Positions 46,202 to 55,219 of a stretch of 64,000 bases of DNA are shown here, piece after piece (within the stretch, counting starts at the first letter, position 1; each line of letters begins with the position of its first letter). The position numbers were made by a program, and so were the translations under genes. A model generated the notes under the pieces. That model did not search any database, was not told where the DNA came from, and saw only the letters and a list, made by a program, of their open reading frames with translations. This DNA comes from an uncultured Planctomycetota bacterium (GTDB lineage: Bacteria > Planctomycetota > Planctomycetia > Isosphaerales > Isosphaeraceae): positions 416,001-480,000 of the forward strand of contig CAWJTV010000041.1 in assembly GCA_963845755.1 (NCBI GenBank), in the 5' to 3' direction.

Positions 46202-49200
46202 ATGTTGCGATCATTCTTCGGCACGCGCGTGGATCAGATGGCCGGCTCCTCAGGGCGCAGGCTCCGGTGCAAGGAGCTCAGATTCCGGCCGTGTGCACGC
46301 TTCGGGGTGGAAGCCCTGGAAGAACGCAGGCTCCTGGCCAATATCATACCCAGCGGGGTCATCAGCTCGAAGCCCGATGGTGCCAACTTCGACTACACGA
46401 TCACGCTCTCGAACTCCAGTTCCAGCAACTCCAGCATCGGTACGTTCTGGTACTCGTGGATCCCCGGCCAGGATTACCTGGCCACCAGTCCCGTTTCGGT
46501 CTCTCCGCCCACCGGTTGGACCGACAGTGTCACCAACATGGGCGCCGGCGACGGCTACGCGATCCTGTTCATTTCCAACAGCTCCGCCTATAACGTGCCG
46601 GCGGGAAGCTCGTTGGATTTCGCTTTCACCAGTGCCGACACTCCCGCGTCAGTCAACGGCAATTCCGTGTTCTACCCAGACACGCCGGTCGGGACCTCTT
46701 ACGTCTATCCGCAAGGTCCATTCAGCGATGGCGGCCATGTGTTCGTTGTCGCACCAGCCCTGGATTCGATCGCCGTCACGCCGGCGAACCCCAGCGTGAC
46801 CAAGGGGGCGACCGAGCAATTCTCCGCCACCGGCACCTTTGACGGCGGCTCGACCCAGGACCTTACCAATCAGGTGAGGTGGGCGTCGGCGACGACCTCG
46901 GTGGCCACCATCTCCAACGCCTCTGGGTCACAAGGGCTGGCGACGGCCGTGAGCAGCGGCACCTCGGCGATCAGTGCCTCCCTCGATGGGGTCACGGGTT
47001 CAACGACGCTGACGGTGACCGCGCCAACCCTCAAGTCGATCACGGTGACGCCGGCCAATACGGACCTCCCGGTAGGCGAGACTGAGCAGTTCACGGCCAC
47101 CGGCACCCTGTCGGACAACTCCACCGAGGACCTGACCAGCCAGGCGACCTGGACCTCCTCGGATACGACCTGGGCCACGATCAGCAATACCGGACTGGCC
47201 ACGGCCGTCTCGCCCGGCCCCGTGACGATCTCGGCGGCCTTCGATGGGATCACCGGTTCGACCAGCTTGACCATCACCAACGCCGTCCTCCAGTCGATCG
47301 CAGTGACGCCGGCCAACACGGACCTGCCGGTGGGCGAGACCGAGCAGTTCACCGCCACCGGCACCCTGTCCGACAACTCCACCGAAGATCTGACCAGCCA
47401 GGCGACCTGGAAATCCTCAGATACGACCTGGGCCACGATCAGCAATACCGGACTGGCCACGGCGATCTCGCCCGGCCCGGTGACGATCTCGGCGGCCTTC
47501 GATGGGATCACCGGTTCGACCGCCTTGACCATCACCAACGCCGTCCTCCAGTCGATCGCCGTGACACCGGCCAACACGAACCTGCCGGTTGGCGAGACGG
47601 AGCAGTTCACGGCCACCGGTACCTTGTCGGACAAGTCCACCGAGGACCTGACCAACCAGGCGACCTGGAAATCCTCGGATACGACCTGGGCCACGATCAA
47701 CAATACCGGCCTGGCCACGGCGATCTCGCCCGGCCCGGTGACGATCTCGGCAGCCTTCGATGGGATCACCGGTTCGACCGCCTTGACCATCACCAACGCC
47801 GTCCTCCAGTCCATTGCCCTCACTCCGGCGAATCCCAGCATCGCGGCCGGGGACACCGAGCAATTCACGGCGACCGGGACCTTCTCCGACAACTCCACGG
47901 AGAACCTGACCGGTCAGGTAACGTGGGCGTCGGCGACGACCTCCGTGGCCACCATCTCAAACGCCTCCGGCTCGCAGGGCCTGGCTACAGGAGTGAAGGC
48001 GGGGACGTCCTCCATCTCCGCCGCGCTTGACGGAGTGACCGGTTCGACCGTCCTGACCGTGACCGCCGCCACGCTCCAATCGATCGCCGTGAACCCCGCG
48101 AATCCGAGTGTCTCTGCGGGGGGCACCGAGCAGTTCACGGCCACCGGCACTTATTCGGACAAGTCCACACAGGACCTGACCAGCCAGGTGACCTGGGCAT
48201 CGGCGACCACCTCGGTGGCCACCATCTCCAACGCCTCCGGCTCGCAGGGCCTGGCCACAGGAGTCAAGGCGGGGACGTCTTCCATCTCCGCCGCGCTCGA
48301 CGGAGTGACCGGGTCGACGGTCCTGACCGTGACGTCTGCTACGCTCGTGTCAATCGCGGTGACGCCGGCCAATACGGACCTGCCGGCAGGCGAGACCGAG
48401 CAGTTCACGGCCACCGGCACCCTGTCGGACAACTCCACCGAGGACCTGACCAGCCAGGCGACCTGGACCTCCTCGGACACCACCTGGGCCACGATCAGCA
48501 ATACCGGCCTGGCCACGGCCGTCTCGCCCGGGCCAGTGACGATCTCGGCGGCCTTCGATGGGATCACCGGTTCGACCGGCTTGACGATCACAAACGCGGT
48601 TCTCCAGTCGATATCTCTCGCTCCGACGAATCCCAGCATCGCGGCCGGGGACACCGAGCAGTTCACGGCCACCGGCACCTATTCCGACAAGTCCACGCAG
48701 AACCTGATCAGCCAGGTGACGTGGGCGTCGGCGACGACCTCGGTGGCCACCATCTCTAATGCCTCCGGCTCGCAGGGCCTGGCCACAGGAGTCGAGGCGG
48801 GGACATCTTCCATCTCCGCCGCGCTCGACGGAGTGACCGGGTTGACCGTCCTGACCGTCACCTCCCTCGCGACGGTTTCCGGCGTCTCGGTCTCGTGGGG
48901 AGCATCCGGTACGGTGGCGCTCCAGACCGCGGCCGACGGGCTTCGCCTGCTCCCGGCCGGGCGGAATACGGATCTCCCCTGGATGGGAATCAACGCCGTC
49001 AGCCTCACACTGAGCAGTTCGACGACCCTGACCAGCGCCGACGTCACCCTCGGCAGTGCGGCCGGGATCAACTACGGCCCGATCACCCTCTCCGGCTCCG
49101 GGACCAACTATGTCGTTACGCTGGCTCAGCCGATTTCCACGGCCGATCGCCTGACGATCTCGATCGCCAGTTCCTCGATGGCCACGTATACGAGAAGGCT

Positions 49201-49729
49201 TGACGTGTTGCCTGGCGACGCCAACGATGACGGCTTTGTCAACACGACAGACGGCCTGCTGATCCTCTATAACGAGACCCCGGCCCATGCCTACCAGATG
49301 TTCTATGACTTGAATGGCGACGGGGCCGTAACCATGGCGGACTTCAATCTTCTCCGTCCCAAGATCGGGACGGTGCTCCCGGCGGCACAGCCGGTTGTGT
49401 CGAGCGCCAGCACGATCGGGCCGGTCGTGCGGTCGGTTGGGTCGGGTGGCAGCACGGTCGCGCCGGCGTCGCCGTCGGCTGCGGTGAGCACCGGCCTGGT
49501 GGATCTCGCACTCGGATCCCTCGCTCAAGGCGATTCCGCCGAGGGCTCGACCGCGACCATCGCCGTGCAGACGACCAAGGGTGGCGGCCGGACCCATAAG
49601 CCGTCAACCTCACGCCATAGGCCGTCGGATGTCGCATCAAAAGGGAGGGACCGAATCGAGCACAAGGCTCTCGGCGTGGCTCGACACGCCCACGGGCAAC
49701 GGTCGGTACACCCGAGTGATCGCCGCTAA
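46202..49729 (+). CDS. Large extracellular protein: planctomycete LEERRLLA signature, 8 bacterial Ig-like (BIG2) repeats, dockerin-like domain
   Basis: FGVEALEERRLLA; eight SI.(V/L).P.N..TEQF.ATGT units; GDANDDGFVNTTD and YDLNGDGAVTMAD. Confidence 0.9.
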   Translation: MLRSFFGTRVDQMAGSSGRRLRCKELRFRPCARFGVEALEERRLLANIIPSGVISSKPDGANFDYTITLSNSSSSNSSIGTFWYSWIPGQDYLATSPVSVSPPTGWTDSVTNMGAGDGYAILFISNSSAYNVPAGSSLDFAFTSADTPASVNGNSVFYPDTPVGTSYVYPQGPFSDGGHVFVVAPALDSIAVTPANPSVTKGATEQFSATGTFDGGSTQDLTNQVRWASATTSVATISNASGSQGLATAVSSGTSAISASLDGVTGSTTLTVTAPTLKSITVTPANTDLPVGETEQFTATGTLSDNSTEDLTSQATWTSSDTTWATISNTGLATAVSPGPVTISAAFDGITGSTSLTITNAVLQSIAVTPANTDLPVGETEQFTATGTLSDNSTEDLTSQATWKSSDTTWATISNTGLATAISPGPVTISAAFDGITGSTALTITNAVLQSIAVTPANTNLPVGETEQFTATGTLSDKSTEDLTNQATWKSSDTTWATINNTGLATAISPGPVTISAAFDGITGSTALTITNAVLQSIALTPANPSIAAGDTEQFTATGTFSDNSTENLTGQVTWASATTSVATISNASGSQGLATGVKAGTSSISAALDGVTGSTVLTVTAATLQSIAVNPANPSVSAGGTEQFTATGTYSDKSTQDLTSQVTWASATTSVATISNASGSQGLATGVKAGTSSISAALDGVTGSTVLTVTSATLVSIAVTPANTDLPAGETEQFTATGTLSDNSTEDLTSQATWTSSDTTWATISNTGLATAVSPGPVTISAAFDGITGSTGLTITNAVLQSISLAPTNPSIAAGDTEQFTATGTYSDKSTQNLISQVTWASATTSVATISNASGSQGLATGVEAGTSSISAALDGVTGLTVLTVTSLATVSGVSVSWGASGTVALQTAADGLRLLPAGRNTDLPWMGINAVSLTLSSSTTLTSADVTLGSAAGINYGPITLSGSGTNYVVTLAQPISTADRLTISIASSSMATYTRRLDVLPGDANDDGFVNTTDGLLILYNETPAHAYQMFYDLNGDGAVTMADFNLLRPKIGTVLPAAQPVVSSASTIGPVVRSVGSGGSTVAPASPSAAVSTGLVDLALGSLAQGDSAEGSTATIAVQTTKGGGRTHKPSTSRHRPSDVASKGRDRIEHKALGVARHAHGQRSVHPSDRR

Positions 49730-49761
49730 GATTCCCACTCTTGAAAGAAGAGGACTTTGAT

Positions 49762-50505
49762 ATGAGGAAGTTGTTCCTGTCCTTGGCTGTTCTCGGTCTG
49801 ATGGCGAGTAGCGCCCGGGCCGGCGTCGTCCTGTCCACGAGCAACCCGCCAGGTACGCCGCTGACCATGGGCGCCGGCACGACGTCCGGATCGTTGTTCT
49901 TGAACGTCGTCAGTGATAACCCTCCCAACGACGTGATGGCAGCCTGGAACATCCAACTAGCGATCATGCCCGACGCCGGCGCCACCGGCACTCTGATGTT
50001 CCAGGATCCCACGACTGGAACGCCGCCCAACCCGCCTAACTACGTCTTTGGCAGCAACGGCCTCGGCATTGGAATCACCAATGGAGGAACCACGTTGATC
50101 GCGAGTGACTTCTTTGACCCCAACGTGGGACTGGGGGCTCCCGTGCCCGGGACACCGGGGGCCAACCTGCTCCAGATGGATTTCCTGGCATCATCGAACG
50201 CATCCGGATTGTTCGGCATCTTCGCCGTTGAAGGTGCGTTCACGCAATGGAACGATTCCAATCTGAACGTGCAGTCTTTCACCAACGTGCCCAATGGCAC
50301 GGGCTTGATCCGGATCGGCGAAGTCCTGGTTTCCCAATCGGCTGTTCCTGAACCCGCGTCGTTGCAATTGCTCGGGCTGGCCGGCGCCACCCTGGCGAGC
50401 TGGCTGTGCTGGTGCAAGCGAAAATACGTTCCCGCGTCATCGGCTCGATCGGTCACGAACCCCACGCCCGAGCTCGTCCCACAGGTTGTGTTAAATAGGG
50501 ATTAA
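49762..50505 (+). CDS. PEP-CTERM sorting domain protein
   Basis: Signal peptide ending SSARA; VPEPASLQLLGLAG..hydrophobic..KRK. Confidence 0.85.
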   Translation: MRKLFLSLAVLGLMASSARAGVVLSTSNPPGTPLTMGAGTTSGSLFLNVVSDNPPNDVMAAWNIQLAIMPDAGATGTLMFQDPTTGTPPNPPNYVFGSNGLGIGITNGGTTLIASDFFDPNVGLGAPVPGTPGANLLQMDFLASSNASGLFGIFAVEGAFTQWNDSNLNVQSFTNVPNGTGLIRIGEVLVSQSAVPEPASLQLLGLAGATLASWLCWCKRKYVPASSARSVTNPTPELVPQVVLNRD

Positions 50506-50599
50506 TGGATTTGAAGTTGCGCAATGAGCGTCGCCCACGCGACGACCATCACGGCATACGGCCAGAGAGCCGGGCCCCTGCGCCACCGCCCCCCGGGGT

Positions 50600-50880
50600 T
50601 CAACGAATAGCGCATAGGCGATCAGGTAGGCGGCACGTCCCGATCCCCTCTTCCTTCGAGAACAAGGCGGCCCTGAGCCGCAGCGGGGCCAGCAACCCGT
50701 CGAGACGCGAGCCCTCTCGCCTCGCTCGGTTGTGGGCGATCAAGGCCGAGACGCCGAAGGTGGCCGCCACGAGGACGTTGCGGTTGGCCAGGAAACCCAC
50801 GGTCGCGCCGTGCGCGTCGTCTACCGCGAAGAGCAACGCCGCGGCGCCTGCCACTGGTGGCGAGGCTGGCGGCCCGCCGG
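50600..50880 (-). pseudogene. Fragment of a multi-TM membrane protein (GT-C/mannosyltransferase-like)
   Basis: AALLFAVDDAHGATVGFLANRNVLVAATFG..ALFSKE, without start or downstream continuation. Confidence 0.5.
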
Positions 50881-51145
50881 CGGCAGCCAGACCCTCAGCA
50901 CGAGCAGATCCTGACGTACCGGGGCGCGCGTGAGATCATGACGGTGATCTCCTGAATGAAGGAACGGGCGAAAAGCCGGCAACGGATTGTTGCTCATGGT
51001 CGCGGAGCGACCGAAAACGGCACGCGCCGTGCGTGAGGTTAGACATCGCGGCGCGAGGGGCACCACGGGAAGTACCGAATCCGCCCTGGTATGCCGGAAT
51101 CGGACCGTTGGCGCCACTCTGCAATGCCGCCCGGAGGGCCATCGC

Positions 51146-51889
51146 ATGTTGTCCAGGATCCTCGGTCTGGGGCTGTCGGGTTTGGTGGGCCTGAGCTTGC
51201 TGGGAACGCTGCCGACCTCGGCGCAGGAGCCCGAATCGCCTCCTCCCAGGAAGAAAGGGCTACCGGACCCCAGGACGAAAAAGGAGACGGTCGAGAGGGA
51301 GGGCGATACCGAAGCCGACTTGCAGCGAACCTACGGTTTGCTGAGGCGGCTGCGGGCCGACACTTCGGCTCGGGGACAGACCGATGCCCGAATCCGCGAC
51401 TGGACCGAACGGGCCACGAAGTATTACGGCGATGGGGTCCGGGCCTACCAGGAACAGAATCCACAACTCGCCCAGCAGGATGCCGCCATCGCGCACGATC
51501 TGGCCCGCGCCATCGACCACACTTGCAATGCGGCGCTCTTCGATCATCCCGACGAGAGCCTGCCGCCGCCGCCCGGGAGGGCCGGATCCGGCCGAGAGGC
51601 CTACGCCCGTCGCAGCCTGGAGGAGGCTTATGAGCGACTCCGCGAGGGCGATGACGGCAGTGACGCGGGTCCCGAGGCCAAGTATTACCACGATGCGGCC
51701 AGCAACCTCTATCGCGACGCGCGGCGCGACTTCGAAGCGGGTCGCTTGGAACGTGCCGACGAGTTGGCCCGCGCCGCCCAGGCCATGACGAAGGTGTGCG
51801 AGCACCTGGGCCGTGCGGCCGACCTGCGCGTCCTGCCGGCGCCGAAGCCCGCGCCCGAGAAAACCGGCAGGTCCACCGATCGATCATGA
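51146..51889 (+). CDS. Hypothetical secreted helical protein
   Basis: Signal peptide MLSRILGLGLSGLVGLSLL..SA-QEP; two similar helical halves. Confidence 0.65.
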   Translation: MLSRILGLGLSGLVGLSLLGTLPTSAQEPESPPPRKKGLPDPRTKKETVEREGDTEADLQRTYGLLRRLRADTSARGQTDARIRDWTERATKYYGDGVRAYQEQNPQLAQQDAAIAHDLARAIDHTCNAALFDHPDESLPPPPGRAGSGREAYARRSLEEAYERLREGDDGSDAGPEAKYYHDAASNLYRDARRDFEAGRLERADELARAAQAMTKVCEHLGRAADLRVLPAPKPAPEKTGRSTDRS

Positions 51890-52060
51890 GGCCAGGGCGG
51901 CCACGGTGAGATCCAACGCAGGGGCGTCGCGCGTCAATCGTTGGGGATCGGTCATGATTGGCCAAACCGTGAGATGACGTCTCGGTTGAGTTGACCGGCG
52001 AATCTCGGCGCGTTAGTTTCGGCGCGAGTTTACCATCGCGACCAACCCCAGGAATTGATC

Positions 52061-52749
52061 ATGACCATCCTCCATCACGCAGCAACCGTCTCCCTGGCGA
52101 TCCTGTTCGCATCGATCGCCGCATTTCAGGCCGAGAGCCCCCGCGATCCTGGCTCCTCCCCAGATTGGCGGCCTCTCTTCGATGGCCGTACTCTCGATGG
52201 GTGGGAGCACGTCGGGCCGGGCAAGTTCGTGGTCGAAAACGGCCTCCTTCGTACCGAGGGAGGCATGGGCCTGCTCTGGTACTCGCGGGAAAAACTCGGG
52301 GATTGCGTCATCCGGGTCGTTTACAAGACCGCGGGCCAGCGCGATAACTCCGGTGTCTACATCCGGATCGCCGATCGGCCCAAGGACCCCTGGTATGCCG
52401 TCCATCACGGTTTCGAAGTGCAGATCATGGACCAGGGCGCAGGGGGTCGCGGCACCGGCTCGATCTACACGTTCGCGAAAGCCGCCGCCGCGCCGGCGAA
52501 GGCCACCGAGTGGAACACCCTGGAGGTCACCCTGAAAGGCAACCGCATCCGCACGACGATCAACGGTGTGCACGCCTCGGAATTCGACTCGAGCGAGCTC
52601 AAGGCCGAGAGCCCCGAGAAGACCGGCGAAGGGGATCCCGCCGCGGACCTCGTCCCGAGTCGGGCTACATCGGCCTGCAAAACCACGACGAGAAATCGGT
52701 CGTCTTCTTCAAGGAGGTGTCGGTTCGTTCGCTCGAGTCTTCCAAGTAA
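52061..52749 (+). CDS. DUF1080 / 3-keto-disaccharide hydrolase family (frameshift near 52645)
   Basis: WRPLFDGRTLDGW, NSGVYIR, EVQI, TGSIY, EWNTLEV, GYIGLQNHD. Confidence 0.9.
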
Positions 52750-52778
52750 CTGTGCTCGGATCAGCCCTGAGCGCTGAC

Positions 52779-52843
52779 AGGCCCTGACGAAAGGGGACAG
52801 GCACCTCGAAGACTCGGAGCCAGTCCCCTTTTTGTCAGGGCCT
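52779..52843. repeat. Palindromic element between convergent genes (possible bidirectional terminator or REP-like)
   Basis: aggccctgacgaaaggggac ... gtcccctttttgtcagggcct. Confidence 0.6.
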
Positions 52844-52928
52844 CTTACGAAGAGGGGTGTTCGAGAGGAGAGTTCGAGCGTATGCAACCCATCCGTGAAT
52901 CGCTCTGGACAACGTCTTGTAGCCCGGA

Positions 52929-54546
52929 TCAGAGCGACTTGAGGAGCTTGACGCCGTCGGGTACGCCCCAGCCCGATGCGGCATCGTAACCGGAACCGGC
53001 CTTATAGCCGATTCCGGGGTTCGGCTTGGTGATATTGTTCCCCGAGGTGATGTCGTTGAAGCCCGATTGACCTGGCAGGGCCCCGCTGGGGCCGGGCTGA
53101 TACAGGAGCTTGGTGAAGAATCGACCTTGCTTGGCGGCCGGGAGCTGGGCATTGATCCGGGCGATCAAAGCGGCCCAGAGAGGCGTTCGACGCGCTGGTG
53201 CCGCCGTTGGGGGCGTCCTGACCCTGGAAGATCAGGTCGTAGAACGGCGGCCCGGAGAGGGCGCTGACGTCGGGCAGGACGCGGCCATCGAAGCCTCCCG
53301 AGTTCACGGAGGGGACGTCCACATTCTGGAAGGACGCCCGGGGGAACTTGGTGCTCACGCCGCCGCCGGTGGCGCCGCCGCCGACATTGGGAATCCGCTC
53401 GCCGGGCGACTCCCACCAAACGATTTCCTTGGCCTGTGAGAGGGACGAGCCGGTGATCATCGTGCCGCCGACCGAGAGGACGTACGGGCTCGACGACGGG
53501 AACTCGACGTGGGCCTTGCCGTCCCTCTGGTCGCAGTCCGAGCCGTCGTCGCCCGAGGAGACGCAGACGGTGATCCCCATCACCGCGGCGGCGTTCAGCC
53601 GCTTGTTGATCTCGGTGAGTGCCGCCCCCGACCAGTCCGGGTCTTCCTCGGCGAGGCCGTAGCTCACCGAGAGCGTCACGGGCTTGAGCTGCATCACCTT
53701 GTTGAGCATCGCCACCCAGCCGTGTTCGTCGAAGGTCGCGAAGTAGACGTCGATCTTGGCACCGGAGCAAAGGCCGGCGACGATCTGGACGTCCATGTTC
53801 ACTTCGGTGGAATAACTGAGTTGCAGGTCCTGCTGATCCTGGGGCAAGGCGCCGATCTGAGCGAGGGTCAGCGACTGGAGGTTGACGGGGACGACCTGGA
53901 CGGTCGGTGTGGGAAGGCTGAATTTATCGCAATAGGCGGTCAGGTCATCGGCGAAATAGCCGCCGCCGAACTCGGCGATGGCGATCGTCTGGCCGCTGCC
54001 GTCGCCGGGCGGGAAGTTGTAGTGACTCGCCAGATCGGTGGGGGTGAGTGGCTCGATCGAAGTGCCGGCGAGGGCGGTCGCGCCTCGCTTGGCGACCCGT
54101 CGCTGGTCGAGGCCGAAGACGCCGGTGACGATCCCGGCCAGGTCGGCGGGGATCTGGAGCTCGTGCGTCCCCTCGCGGCCGCGGAACTCGCCCTGTGTCG
54201 GGTTGTGGTAGATCGCGAGGTTCGCCCCGAAGGCGGCCTCCATCTCCTTCACGGTCCCTTTGAACTTGATGCTGCTGGTGCCGAGCGAGACCTCCTCGGC
54301 CTTGAGCCCGTAGCCGCCGAGGACCTGCTCGACCTTGGCCGCGTCGGCCTGGCTCGCGCCGAACTTCGCCTGGAACTCCTCGTAGCTCATCCCGTTGTTC
54401 GGCAGATGGTCTGCGTCGGGGAGCGCCGGGCTGCGCAAGGTGACGGTCACGTGAACGGTGGCACCTGGGTCGGCGTCACGCCGGCGCGTCGTGGTCGGTT
54501 TGTGGGGTCGTCGCGTACCTCTGAGAGAGACGTGCTGATTCGCCAT
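52929..54546 (-). CDS. S53 (sedolisin/kumamolisin) peptidase with pro-domain (frameshift near 53180)
   Basis: EVNMD, SSGDDGS, FPSSSPYVLSVGGT, PDVSA, GGTSAS, FNDITSGNN, GYDAASGWG. Confidence 0.92.
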
Positions 54547-55190
54547 CGGAGTCCTCCTCAATGAATCGAACGGAACCCTGAGAACGGGCCGCCCGCGGCG
54601 GCCTAGACCGATTGACCCCTCTTCCTTCCCGGAACCGTGCCGCCAAGGCGACGGTTCGTTTCGATGACATCGGGACGCGAGTTGACGCGATATCTGTTCT
54701 TGGCATCATCTACGTCGCCGGAACTGGTGTTCGACAAGAATCCAGATCAAGGATTCTCTCGGACGTGCATGCCGCAAAGCATCACTTTGCGACCTTCGCG
54801 TGGATCGGCTGGATAGGTCCCATGCCGGCCTCTCCCACGACCGGGCGCCGAGGAGATCCTCGATTGCCCTGCCGGCAGCGATGACCGCTTGCGTGCACTT
54901 CCGCCGGCCGGCTAGGGTCTGACGTCCCTCCGGGCCTTTCCGGAGAGCCTCTCGTTGTGTGCATACCATCGGTAAGGCGCACTAGACCCTTAATCAGGAA
55001 CTGAAGGACTTGCCCCGAAGAAAAATCGGGGAATCTCACGGAAATCCTTGTTTCAGATCAAGTCTCCTGTACCCGGCCGCTTCGAGCCAATGGCGTGGGG
55101 GCCGATGTGCCCGAGGGACGATCAGGGATCCTTTGGTCTTTCGTGTCGTCCGGATTGACGGCAGCAGGTTTTCCTGACGAACCGGCTGGT

Positions 55191-55213
55191 TCAGGCTGGA
55201 AAGCGTGACCGAC
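55191..55213. repeat. Single degenerate REP of the GTCGGTCAGG family
   Basis: tcaggctggaaagcgtgaccgac, one mismatch to the right arm of the 45341-45398 doublet. Confidence 0.6.
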
Positions 55214-55219
55214 TTTGTA

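Noticed and set aside
46760..48860. Regular long direct repeats as a possible CRISPR array
   Set aside because: They are in-frame coding Ig-domain repeats with no unique spacers and no cas genes.
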